Shown here piece after piece: positions 10,429-20,203 of a DNA stretch of 64,000 bases. Each line of letters opens with the position of its first letter. Position 1 is the stretch's first letter. The notes beneath the pieces were generated by a model that saw only the letters and a list, made by a program, of their open reading frames with translations, did no database searches and was not told the origin of the DNA. The translations under genes were made by a program, and so were the position numbers. The DNA is from Candidatus Heimdallarchaeota archaeon (GTDB taxonomy: Archaea; Asgardarchaeota; Heimdallarchaeia; JABLTI01). The stretch covers positions 50,780 through 114,779 of the forward strand of contig JABCTZ010000025.1 in assembly GCA_018238155.1 (NCBI GenBank). Direction: 5' to 3'.

Positions 10429-11796
10429 CTAGCCAACCTTTGGTGATTCTTTACCATTTTTTTCAATATTTGATGATTCTTTTGTACCATTTTCTACTTC
10501 TGATAATTCATCCAAATCATATTCCACTACAGGTAAAACAAGTGCTTTCGGTGACCGGAATGCAAAACGAAGAGCAAATGGTGTCATCACAATTGTTACA
10601 AATACTAATAATACTGCCATCGAAAAGATGCTTTGATCAAAAATTCCTTGAAGTAATCCGATCTCCGCAATTATAAGAACTATTTCTGCACGTGGTAACA
10701 TACCTACAGCAATTTTTGCTGAATCTCTTGGTTTCATTTTGACAATTGATGCCCCTGTAAACGTACCTAAACCTTTTGCTATGATTGTAATAGGAATAGC
10801 AAGGAGGAGAATTGGCGAAAATGCAGAGAAATCAAACAAGAATGTGGCACCTACACCGAAGAAAAACAATGGTAAGAATACCCCTTCACCCATTTTGATG
10901 AATGTTTCCTTTATTTCACCTACTAGTACTCTATTTTTCTGTAAGGAAAGTCCAAATAAAAAGGCGATAATTACTCCAGAAATGCCTAAAAATTCTGCAA
11001 GAAAAACTAACAGAACCAGTAACCCAAAAATTATTCCTAATGATAAAAACTTAGTTGAGGAATTTGAGAAAATCCTAAATCTGTTCTCCAAGAATTTCAA
11101 AAGTTTAGGTATCAAAACAACTACAATAACAATCAATAAAAACATAATAACGAGGTCAATTAATAATGTGAAATACCATGCCAAAGTTACAGTAGTTTCT
11201 GGTCCAAGGAATAAATTAAGATACCAAACTTCACTTCCTGCTTTAGGGAATAGAACACTAGCAAAGATTAAGACAAGAAATAAAACAATAAAATCATCGA
11301 AAATCGCAGAAGATAGCAAAATTTCTCCTTCAGTTGTATTCAATTTACCAACGTCACTTAACGTTCTAACGGTGACACCAATACTTGTTGCGGTTAGCAT
11401 TGTACCGAAGAATATTGCTACTGGGAGGCTCTGATCAAATATTAGGAATGCTGCAAGAAAGCCACCTATTAATGATATAAATACACCAACAAGAGAGATT
11501 ACCAGGCTCTTTTTCCCAGTTTTTCTAAGACTCTTAGTATTGATCTCTAAACCGATAATAAACAGTAAAATAATGATTCCAAGTTGAGAAAATTGTTTCA
11601 AAACTTCATTATCTACAAATAAAGTTGGATTTATACCAACCATTCCTAGCAATGGTCCACCGAATATCATTCCTGCTAGTAATTCTCCAAGGATAGATGA
11701 AAGCTTAATTCTTTCAAAAATTTCACCAAGGATTCTTGCAGAGAGCAATGCAACACCTAAATACATAAGAATATTTATTGTATCAGTTGCTACCAT
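10429..11796 (-). CDS. Cation:proton antiporter (CPA2 family)
   Basis: About 12 TMs; LGELLAG, LFIIGLE, ATSIGVT, AIFDD, MLPRAE motifs. Confidence 0.92.
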   Translation of the reverse strand: MVATDTINILMYLGVALLSARILGEIFERIKLSSILGELLAGMIFGGPLLGMVGINPTLFVDNEVLKQFSQLGIIILLFIIGLEINTKSLRKTGKKSLVISLVGVFISLIGGFLAAFLIFDQSLPVAIFFGTMLTATSIGVTVRTLSDVGKLNTTEGEILLSSAIFDDFIVLFLVLIFASVLFPKAGSEVWYLNLFLGPETTVTLAWYFTLLIDLVIMFLLIVIVVVLIPKLLKFLENRFRIFSNSSTKFLSLGIIFGLLVLLVFLAEFLGISGVIIAFLFGLSLQKNRVLVGEIKETFIKMGEGVFLPLFFFGVGATFLFDFSAFSPILLLAIPITIIAKGLGTFTGASIVKMKPRDSAKIAVGMLPRAEIVLIIAEIGLLQGIFDQSIFSMAVLLVFVTIVMTPFALRFAFRSPKALVLPVVEYDLDELSEVENGTKESSNIEKNGKESPKVG

Positions 11797-13757
11797 TAAG
11801 TTCCCTCTCTTTTGTTATTTTCCTCTTTTATTTCAGCAGCAGCTTCTTCAGCAGCTTCTTCAGCAGCTTCTTCAGCAGCTTCTTCAGCAGCTTCTTCAGC
11901 TGCTCTTTCTTTAGCATCAGCAGCTTCTTCAGCAGCTTCTTCAGCTGCTCTTTCTTTAGCATCAGCAGCTTCTTCTGCAGCTTCTTCAGCTGCTCTTTCT
12001 TTTTCAGCAGCTTTTGCAGCTGCTCTTTCTTTAGCAGCAGCTTCTTTTGTGATGGCATCTTTTGCAGCAGCTTCAGCAGCTTTTTCAGCTGCTCTTTCTT
12101 TTACAGCAGCTTCTTTTGCAGCAGCTTCAGCAGCTTTTTCAGCTATAATAGCTTCTGCTTCTTTTGCATCTGCATTTTCTTTTGCAGTTTTTTCCTTTGT
12201 ATGTTTTGCAGTAGCTTTTGCAGCTGCTCTTTCTTTGGTAGCAGCTTCTTTTGCAGCTTTTGCAGCTGCTCTTTCTTTAGTAGCAGCTTCTTTTGCAGCT
12301 TTTACAGCAGCAGCTTTTTCTTTTGCAGCAGCTTCAGCAGCTTTTACAACAGCTTTTTCTTTAGTAGTAGCTTCTCTTGCAGCTTCTTCAGTAGCTTTTA
12401 CAGCTGCTTTTTCTTTTGCAGCAGCTTCTTTGGCAGCTTCTTCGGCAGCATTTACAGCTGCTTTTTCTTTTACAGCTGCTTCTTCGGCAGCTGCTTTTTC
12501 TTTTATAACAGCAGCTTCTGCGATAGCTTCTTTTTCAGCAGCTTCTTTTGCAGCAGCTGCTTCTATTGCTGCTTTATCTTTTGCAGCAGCTGCTTCTATT
12601 GCTGCTTTTGCAGCAGCTTTTTCTTTTGCAATAGCTGCTTCTACAATAGCTTCTTTGGCAGCTGCTACAGCAGCTTTTTCAGCTTCTTTTGCAGCAACTT
12701 CAGCAGCTTTTTTAGCTTTAATAGCTTCCGCAGCTTTTGTATCTGCATTTTGTTTTGCAATAGCTTCTTTTGCAGCAGCTGCTTCTATTGCTGCTTTATC
12801 TTTGGCAGCAGATGCTTCTTCAGCAGCTCTTTCTTTGGCAGCAGATGCCTCTTCAGCAGCTCTTTCTTTGGCAGCAGCTTTTTCTTTTGCAATAGCTACC
12901 TCTTCAGCTGCTTTTGCAATAGCTCTTTCTTTTGCAATAGCTGCTTCTGCAGCTGCTTTTTCTTTAGCAGTAGCTTCTTTAGCCGCAGCTTCTTCTGCAG
13001 CTTTTGTAGCAGCTCTTTCTTTAGTAGCCGCTTCTTTTGCGGCTTCTTCTGCGGCTTTTACAGCTGCTTTTTCTTTTGCAGCAGCTTCTTTTGCAGCTTC
13101 TTCCGCAGCTTTTACAGCTGCTTTTTCTTTTGCAACAACTTCCGCAGCTTCTTCTGCAGCTCTTTCTTTAGTAGCCGCTTCTTTTGCAGCTTCTTCTGCG
13201 GCTCTTTCTTTTACAGCCGCTTCTTTTGCAGCTTCTTCGGCAGCTTTTACAGCCGCTTTTTCTGCGGCTTCTTCGGCAGCTTCATTTTCTATAATTGTCT
13301 TACGGACTATACTTCTAATCCCAGTAAAAACATCACTTAAGTAAATTAAACCAGAAATTTGCTCTTTTCGATCTTGGGCTCTTGGAAGAACTGATGATTT
13401 GAATTTTGACATATTTTCTGCTATTGTTTCAAGTGAGTCATCATCATAAATAACTGGTAAATTTTCATTGATTAAATCTTCTGCAGTAAAATTTGCTGTA
13501 ACTGGATTCTGGAAAACTTCACTGCCTGATGTATGACGTTTTTGAAAAAGAAATAATAGATCACGTAAAGTAACAATTCCAATATATTCTTTCTTTTCGT
13601 TTATAACAGGAATAATTGGTAAATCTGAAGTACTAATTTTGTTAAAAATTTCAACTAATGGAGTCTCCTCTTTAATAGGAGTAATTTTTCGTTTCCTGAA
13701 ATCGGTTGCTTTTAGAGATTTTGCTTTTTCAAAGAAAAGTTGTAAATTAAATTTCAT
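11796..13757 (-). CDS. CBS-pair protein with a very long Ala/Glu/Lys helical repeat tail
   Basis: CBS motifs IIPVINEKKEYIGIVTLRDL and GLIYLSDV in the first ~155 aa; TAATG stop/start overlap with the antiporter. Confidence 0.85.
   Translation of the reverse strand: MKFNLQLFFEKAKSLKATDFRKRKITPIKEETPLVEIFNKISTSDLPIIPVINEKKEYIGIVTLRDLLFLFQKRHTSGSEVFQNPVTANFTAEDLINENLPVIYDDDSLETIAENMSKFKSSVLPRAQDRKEQISGLIYLSDVFTGIRSIVRKTIIENEAAEEAAEKAAVKAAEEAAKEAAVKERAAEEAAKEAATKERAAEEAAEVVAKEKAAVKAAEEAAKEAAAKEKAAVKAAEEAAKEAATKERAATKAAEEAAAKEATAKEKAAAEAAIAKERAIAKAAEEVAIAKEKAAAKERAAEEASAAKERAAEEASAAKDKAAIEAAAAKEAIAKQNADTKAAEAIKAKKAAEVAAKEAEKAAVAAAKEAIVEAAIAKEKAAAKAAIEAAAAKDKAAIEAAAAKEAAEKEAIAEAAVIKEKAAAEEAAVKEKAAVNAAEEAAKEAAAKEKAAVKATEEAAREATTKEKAVVKAAEAAAKEKAAAVKAAKEAATKERAAAKAAKEAATKERAAAKATAKHTKEKTAKENADAKEAEAIIAEKAAEAAAKEAAVKERAAEKAAEAAAKDAITKEAAAKERAAAKAAEKERAAEEAAEEAADAKERAAEEAAEEAADAKERAAEEAAEEAAEEAAEEAAEEAAAEIKEENNKREGT
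11830..13285. repeat. Coding low-complexity tandem repeat (GCAGCTTCTTCA-type 12-bp and longer units)
   Basis: Visible repeats encoding AAEE/EAAAK/KEKAA units. Confidence 0.95.
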
Positions 13758-13895
13758 CTTGCGTCATGCCTCGTGAGATTTTAATATAAAGTTTCTGTTA
13801 GCATATCATAAACAAACTATTTAACTTTTTAATTGAAAATATAAATAGTTAACTATTTGTAATATTAGCTTGTAAAAGTGTAATTCTAAAGCAAA

Positions 13896-14864
13896 TTATT
13901 TTGGAAACATTACCATATTTTTCTTAATCCTTCTCAATCCTTCATTTATCATTCCAGGTCTATTATGACTTGTTCCCCATACAAAATAGGGTGCACAAGT
14001 TCGACAATAAAAAAACTTCATTCGTTCTAAAAGTGACTTATCTTTTGAAAATTCGTAATTGTCAAGAATAGCGTTCATGACTATTGAGCCTTCATCAAAA
14101 AATAACAAATCAATTGCTGGATCACCTATTTTGCATTCTTCAAAATCGATAACACCAGTTAATTTAAACGATGCAGGATCAATGAGAATATTAGAGGTAT
14201 CAAAATCAGAATGGACAATTCTTGGGGAGAAAGAAAAATTAGCTGAATTATTGATGTAGGAGTTAAAAATTTCTGTTAACCAAATTTTTTCATCATCACT
14301 TAGATAAACAAAAGCAACTTTTCTAATAGACTCAAATCTAGTATGCCATCGTAATTTAAAAGCTTTAATAAAATCACTTTTAGTTGGTCGTCCTTTTTGG
14401 TGTTCAAAATTTCTTTCATAATCATCTAACAATTCTTTTGAGTGAAGCAATGAAAGAAATCGCCCAATTTCTCCACCAACACGTTCCTTTTGAGTGTCTG
14501 TTAATTGCTGAATTATATAACTAAGTGATTTTCCAGGTATTTTATTATGGATAGAAAAGGGAAGCTCTTGTTTATCATGTAAGTAAAGAAACTTGGGAAC
14601 TGAGAAAGGAAACTTCTTTTGGAAAAAGTCAAGTAGTTCAGATTCTCTTTGGAGTATTTCATATCCTTTAATGTTCCGAAATTCTTTGTCAGCAACGCGA
14701 AGGATATATTTGTTATCTATTTCAAAAACATTGTAAGTTCCATGATAGAAGAAATGAAGGGATTCAGCAAGTAATTTTGGTAAGAATTTTCTAACATAAG
14801 GTAAAATTTCTTCTGGTGAAATATCTGCTGGATTCTTTTCTTCAAAAAACGACATAATAAACAT
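13896..14864 (-). CDS. Aminoglycoside phosphotransferase family kinase
   Basis: VHSDFDTSNIL and GVIDFEECKIGDPAID motifs. Confidence 0.88.
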   Translation of the reverse strand: MFIMSFFEEKNPADISPEEILPYVRKFLPKLLAESLHFFYHGTYNVFEIDNKYILRVADKEFRNIKGYEILQRESELLDFFQKKFPFSVPKFLYLHDKQELPFSIHNKIPGKSLSYIIQQLTDTQKERVGGEIGRFLSLLHSKELLDDYERNFEHQKGRPTKSDFIKAFKLRWHTRFESIRKVAFVYLSDDEKIWLTEIFNSYINNSANFSFSPRIVHSDFDTSNILIDPASFKLTGVIDFEECKIGDPAIDLLFFDEGSIVMNAILDNYEFSKDKSLLERMKFFYCRTCAPYFVWGTSHNRPGMINEGLRRIKKNMVMFPK

Positions 14865-14964
14865 TATAACCTATATATTTTAATGCTTTTTTGGAATTAT
14901 GTATAAAGAAAATATCAGAAAAAAATCACACATAGTAACTAGAAGAACCTAGAAGGTCATTAAA

Positions 14965-15839
14965 TTGGATGTTGAAATTCTTAATCTTTACAGCAATGAA
15001 CCAATGCCTGACACCAAGTTAATTGGTGATCATGGACAAAATTTTCTAATAAAAACTGATACTGAAAACATACTTTTAGACGTAGGTACTTCAGGTATTA
15101 AGCTCCTTCATAACATGAATTTATTGAATGTTGACCTAATGATATTTCCTTACTCATTCTTTCCCATGGACATTATGATCATTGTGGAGGATTACCTGCA
15201 CTAATAGATGCACGAACAGCTGAAAAACCTTTGACGATTTTAGCTCATCCAAATATTCTTGCTTTGAGACGACTCAAAATAGGTTTTATTTATAAAAATT
15301 CAAAATATCCTCAATTATCGAAAGAACAACAAAGTAAAATGAAATATGATTTTGATACTAAACCACGAAAAGTAAATGATTTTTTGAGAACATCAGGTGA
15401 AATAATTAACAGACCTTATCGTCAAGGAATCGAACCTTTAATGCAAAGCAAAATTGATGGTGTTTTTTCAACTGATTTAGTTCCTGATGACATAAGTGTT
15501 TATATCGAAACTAAAGATGGACAAGTTATTATTACTGGTTGTGCACATGCCGGAATATTGAATATTTGTAAAAATGCCAAAGAATCATCAAGCAAGCCAA
15601 TAAAAGCTATTATCGGAGGAACGCATATGGTTCGATATCAAATAGGTGAAGTTTTAGCTACAGCAGAAAAATTAACGAAAGAATTTGACAACCCTGATTT
15701 GCATTTGAATCATTGTACTGACAAACTTCCAATTAGACTACTCAAAACTACCAAAACAATTGATGTCTTAAGAAAAAAATATGGAAAAGATAAAATAAAA
15801 AATTGCTATGTTGGGTCGAAGATAACGTTTATGATTTAA
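14965..15839 (+). pseudogene. Frameshifted MBL-fold hydrolase (COG1237-like)
   Basis: HG..F...LDVG N-terminus in one frame; a 1-nt loss near 15135 (gac ct aat) moves SHGHYDHCGG, GCAHAG and GGTH into another frame. Confidence 0.85.
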
Positions 15840-15965
15840 GTCAATTTTTGCAATTTAACCTCCAATTTTATTCTATTTATACAACAGAACTAGAAAGGGA
15901 AGAATTTATATTAACTCTAAAAGGATTAACCTTGTTAATTGTATAAATACGATATTACTTATTAG

Positions 15966-16607
15966 TTGGATGCAAAAATGAGCAGTAAATATACTGAAGT
16001 ATTTCGCATTAATCTTGCTGAATATTTCATTATTGATGAAAATGGAATTAATAAAAAAATACTACCTCAACCCAGTATTTTATTCGATAGCTCTGCAATA
16101 GTAATTGTTTCAAAACTTGATAGAAAGGTCTATGATTTTACAGGACCAAATGCTTCAGAAATAAAACAAGAAGCAGCAACTAAACTGGCTTCGAATTTAG
16201 GTTCAAAATTTAATTTTGAGGTTGAAATAATATTCTTTCCTGCAGAAAAAATCCCTTCTGATCACATTCAATTCATTGAATACTTCTGTGATGAATATTA
16301 TCTCCCAAAAATAGATACTACTAAAGCATTGCATTACAATTGCTATTTTTGTGCTAATCGGTTGGACAGAAATAGTGAAACATGCTCCTCTTGTGGAAAA
16401 GAGGTTATCTATTGTTGTGTATGCAATCTACCAGTATCATTCAAAGAAAAACTAGGTAAGTGTAGTTTGTGTGGTGAATCCGCACATCTAGTTCATTTCC
16501 AAGAATGGCTCAAAGTATTAGGTATGTGTCCTAAGTGTGATAAAAAACTTTCTCCGGAAGGAGTAATTCCAATAACAGATGAAAACAAAGATTCTTTTTT
16601 CAAGTAG
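15966..16607 (+). CDS. Gelsolin-like domain + Zn ribbon + RING-type Zn finger protein
   Basis: IVIVSKLDRKVYDFTGPNAS..KQEAATKLA; CYFC..CSSC; CCVC-CSLC-H-x2-H-W-CPKC. Confidence 0.7.
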   Translation: MDAKMSSKYTEVFRINLAEYFIIDENGINKKILPQPSILFDSSAIVIVSKLDRKVYDFTGPNASEIKQEAATKLASNLGSKFNFEVEIIFFPAEKIPSDHIQFIEYFCDEYYLPKIDTTKALHYNCYFCANRLDRNSETCSSCGKEVIYCCVCNLPVSFKEKLGKCSLCGESAHLVHFQEWLKVLGMCPKCDKKLSPEGVIPITDENKDSFFK

Positions 16608-16620
16608 AGGAATTAAAATA

Positions 16621-16914
16621 TCAAGTATTATAGGAATCCAGTCCTGTTAACAACTTGTGAGTTTGCTGTAATCTATCAACAATAGGGATTTCTTGAGGAC
16701 ATTTCGATTCACATTCTACTCAGGCTTCAGCATTTCTGCCTGGAAATTTTTCATGGTTTCCTATTGCTTTGTATTTTGCTTTCGCATCTTCCCAATTTCC
16801 AGCTCGCCCAACAGATATCATAAGTAAATCCATAATAACTTTGATATTGACTCCTTCAGGGCATGGTTCTCAATAACCGCACTGAGTACAATTTATTGCT
16901 GCGATTTCTTCTTC
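16621..16914 (-). pseudogene. Orphan C-terminal Fe-S domain of an aldo/keto reductase (COG1453-like), with two in-frame TGA
   Basis: Reads INCTQCGY*EPCPEGVNI...GRNAEA*VECESKCPQEIPIVDRLQ; no start codon. Confidence 0.8.
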
Positions 16915-18287
16915 TTACGATTAATTATAGCAATTATGATTGCACTAAGTATTGTTGGATAGATGAAAATAGTACCTTCATTTGTTGGGAGCGGTGTGGT
17001 CGTTGTAGGAAGAGGTGGCAACACTATATCATCTATTGTTTGGGTATATATTCGTTCATAGGTACTCACATTTGCAGTAAACCCAATTTGTGCTTCTCCA
17101 AGTGTTGGGAAGAATTCTACTTGTAATTCATCACCTATAACACTTGATGAGTTAGCTATTATCTCGAATTTTCCGTAATCACTACTAGTCGAAGAATCAT
17201 ATTGGTGTCTCAATTCAATAATACCACTAGTATTATCTCCTTCAACCAGTAAGATATGACCAATACCAACAGCATAATAACCAGGAGTTGTACTTGTTGT
17301 GTGAATATTGCCACCTAAACCTAAGAGATCATCAGTTAAATTATAATCTGTATTAAATACATTCTTCCAATAGGTTTCAGGTGTTGTGAATTCTCTGTTT
17401 AGAAAAGTGTAAAGACCAAAGTCATGATGACCAGGCCATTCACCTTCTTCGATGTAACTATCATAAGGTCCTGATTTGTACACCCAATTTCCCCAAAATT
17501 CGTCGTCTTTATGAATGAACATATCATTAATCATATTTGCACGAGGATATTTTCCATTTAATTTCGCCCGTTCATAAAGGAAGTTGTATAACACATCCAC
17601 TTTTCCTTGTAATTTTGGAGTGAAAGCATTATACGGTGGTATTTCTATACCTCTATACCAGTACGCGAAATCTGCAATACTTTTATCATAAACCGTTTGC
17701 GTGAATCCAATTAATTCTCCTTTAGTTAGACTTAGATTTCCAGCAGTTCCTATCCTATCTACAACTGTTTTTAACATTTCAATATGGTCAAGTAAAAGCG
17801 AACATTCATTTCCAATGTCTAACATAAAGACACAGTCCATCACACATTCTACGCCATTTATCAAATCTATAGAACCATTACGTGCCAAAAACCCTTCCAA
17901 AGTACAATCTATTGGTGCTCGAATATCTACATGCAATCTGTATGGGTTAAGATCCATTCTAGGTAATCCTTCAATATGTCCGTGTCCAAAAAATGTTCCA
18001 AAAGGTCTTATTGGCCAAAAGCTCGATCCACTCTCAATTTGGTCAAGCATTGCTTCAAATTTAGTAAAATTGTCTAATTCAAATAAGATGTCAAGATCTA
18101 TTGGAAGTTCATCTATCAATGTCATTACATGTTCACTTTGAACCTCTAGTGTGCTCTCCTCTATTTGAGTAGCAAATACACTGATTGAATTACTGCTCAA
18201 GATAATAAAAAAAACAATAAAAATAACTAGTAATTTATTCAAGCTTTTATCATTCAAGTACAACCCGTCCTTAGATAAAATATACAA
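16893..18287 (-). CDS. Secreted, C-terminally membrane-anchored protein
   Basis: Signal peptide, PTTTTPLP linker, TM, RKKKK tail. Confidence 0.8.
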   Translation of the reverse strand: MYILSKDGLYLNDKSLNKLLVIFIVFFIILSSNSISVFATQIEESTLEVQSEHVMTLIDELPIDLDILFELDNFTKFEAMLDQIESGSSFWPIRPFGTFFGHGHIEGLPRMDLNPYRLHVDIRAPIDCTLEGFLARNGSIDLINGVECVMDCVFMLDIGNECSLLLDHIEMLKTVVDRIGTAGNLSLTKGELIGFTQTVYDKSIADFAYWYRGIEIPPYNAFTPKLQGKVDVLYNFLYERAKLNGKYPRANMINDMFIHKDDEFWGNWVYKSGPYDSYIEEGEWPGHHDFGLYTFLNREFTTPETYWKNVFNTDYNLTDDLLGLGGNIHTTSTTPGYYAVGIGHILLVEGDNTSGIIELRHQYDSSTSSDYGKFEIIANSSSVIGDELQVEFFPTLGEAQIGFTANVSTYERIYTQTIDDIVLPPLPTTTTPLPTNEGTIFIYPTILSAIIIAIINRKKKKSQQ

Positions 18288-18497
18288 AGTAACTTGTGTT
18301 TGTCAATTTATTAATATTTTTCATTTGAAAAAACAACAATTGGTTGAGGAAATAAGGAGTTTATTTCTTTGAAAAAATAGCTAATCGAATAAAATAAAAG
18401 TGAAACTGGAGAAATACATCTGTCAATTTTATTTAATATGATTTCAAGTGTAGCAATATAACAGATTGTTTTTCATACCAGTATTTTGTGAAATGAA

Positions 18498-18815
18498 TTA
18501 CTCTTCAATCCTTTCCAAATAAAACACTACGGGTTTCAATCCATCTGAACAACAAGAGTATTTTGTTCCTGTTAAATCTCCATCCGCAAATGTACCACCC
18601 ATTGTTAAAACAGCTACGTCACGATAAATATCAATCCATGCCCATTTACAGAAACCTTCAGGCATCTCAAGTTCATCACCAACAATGAACTCTTGTCCTT
18701 CTTTAACATGGACACAATCTTTCACTACAAAACCATTTGTGAATTTGAAATCATACCCCAAAACATCTTTTGAAGTAAATTTTTTTTGTACAGTTATTTT
18801 TATTTTTGGTTTCAA
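18498..18815 (-). CDS. TIGR04076 family protein
   Basis: KIKITV..EGQEFIV..PEGFCKWAW..CCSDGLKPVVFYLERIE. Confidence 0.85.
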   Translation of the reverse strand: MKPKIKITVQKKFTSKDVLGYDFKFTNGFVVKDCVHVKEGQEFIVGDELEMPEGFCKWAWIDIYRDVAVLTMGGTFADGDLTGTKYSCCSDGLKPVVFYLERIEE

Positions 18816-18830
18816 TTTGTAACACCTTTT

Positions 18831-19076
18831 TTAATTTTCATTTTCTATTCTTTGTATTTTAAAATAAACAGGTCTTATGCCATCATGACATACACCATAA
18901 AGGGTATCTTTAGTTGTCCAGTCATCATGCCCACGACCCAATTTCAATACATCTACGAATTTGCTGATCGAGTAGAATGCAAATTGGCAGAATTTTTCGG
19001 GTTTTTCACCCCATTTATTCACAATAAATTCATCGCCTTCAGTAAAAAATGGACACTTGGGTATTTCTTCTCCTGA
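18831..19076 (-). pseudogene. 5'-truncated TIGR04076 family gene
   Basis: CPFFTEGDEFIV..PEKFC..CHDGIRPVYFKIQRIE; the N-terminus of the called ORF is antisense of a wHTH remnant. Confidence 0.7.
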
Positions 19077-19078
19077 TT

Positions 19079-19717
19079 CAAGGATGAAATTTTTAAAGCT
19101 TTGAGAGAAAAAAAACATATGACTTCTAAGGAAATGCATGAACTTTACATTGATGAAGAAACAAAGAAGCACACATATATAATTAAGACCATTTATCACT
19201 ATTTAGACAAACTGAAGATGTAGGATTAATACAAATAGCTGGTCATAGAATTACAGAAGGTCAAAGATTAACTGAAAAATTGTATGCGAGGACAGCAAAC
19301 ATCTTATTTAAAGCTGAGAAAGACAAAGTTCATCTTGAAGTAATTAAATACCGAAAAGAAAGAATGAGAGATGTTTATACTTTCTTAGAACAAGTTAAGG
19401 GAAAACTTGCTATCGAATACAAGGATTTCGAGTATTTAATATTAACTAAAATGGATTTAGAGTTCCAAATGAATAAATCTCTTACTGCTAAAATTCCAAA
19501 AGAGAAGAAATTAGCAAAATTGTTTAGCTCTGTTGATATTAATGCTGTAAACTATATTAACGATACAACTGCAATGATCCTTGTAATGAGTAAACATCCT
19601 GAATTAATAGAGAAAATCCAAAGGATATTCCCAGAAGAAAAAAAAGAAGTAGTTGTTTATTTAGTTGAATTATTGGTTCAAATTATTGTTTGTGAAATAA
19701 TATATTACAAAAGGTAA
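19079..19717 (+). pseudogene. 5'-truncated, frameshifted wHTH regulator (same family as 44668 and 46047)
   Basis: KDEIFKALREKKHMT..KTIYHYLDKL, frameshift near 19215, then VGLIQIAGHRITEGQRLTEKLYARTA. Confidence 0.75.
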
Positions 19718-20128
19718 TAACGAATGATGAAGACCTTCACCGAATTTAGTGAGTGAATATTTAACACGCACAGGTGAAAAATCATCCTCAACCTCTCTAA
19801 TGATTATATTCAATTCAAGTAATTCTTTTAATCGTTCTGATAATGTTTTCGAAGATATTTTTCCAACATGCTTCTTAATTTCATTGAAGTAAAGATAGTT
19901 ATGAAAAGCTAAAGCATTAACAATATTGAGCATCCATTTTTTTTGAATTAGATTAAAAATGTCTTTCATTAAATGACGTTCTAGATCTTCATGATCAAGA
20001 ATATCATTGAATAAATCAGTATGTCTCTCTACACCTACCTCTGCAGCATCAAAGATTTGATCAATTAAACCGACCATATCTTTCCAGATTACTCTAAATT
20101 GTTCTCTGTCAAACTTCTTTTCAGTCAT
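19670..20128 (-). CDS. HxlR-family winged-helix transcriptional regulator
   Basis: KKW..I..FNEIKK..ISSKTLSERLKEL..PVRVKYSLTKFG. Confidence 0.92.
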   Translation of the reverse strand: MTEKKFDREQFRVIWKDMVGLIDQIFDAAEVGVERHTDLFNDILDHEDLERHLMKDIFNLIQKKWMLNIVNALAFHNYLYFNEIKKHVGKISSKTLSERLKELLELNIIIREVEDDFSPVRVKYSLTKFGEGLHHSLLPFVIYYFTNNNLNQ

Positions 20129-20143
20129 TTACTCACCATAGTA

Positions 20144-20180
20144 GGTTTCTAATCAGAAACCGAGTTTCTAAGGAGAAACT
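20144..20180. promoter_or_regulatory. Two tandem palindromic operators GTTTCT-N4-AGAAAC
   Basis: GGTTTCTaatcAGAAACC (20144-20161) and AGTTTCTaaggAGAAACT (20163-20180) in the divergent promoter. Confidence 0.75.
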
Positions 20181-20203
20181 TTTCAGCTTATATACAAAAG
20201 AGA

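Noticed and set aside
11830-13285. Possible CRISPR array (also considered for the LRR repeats at 40.2-40.9 kb)
   Set aside because: Repeats are in-frame coding units without unique spacers; no cas genes
11778-13344. Two long plus-strand ORFs (520 aa Ser/Phe/Cys-rich, 510 aa Ala/Ser-rich)
   Set aside because: Antisense shadows of the GCT/GAA/AAA repeat, which cannot generate stops in those frames
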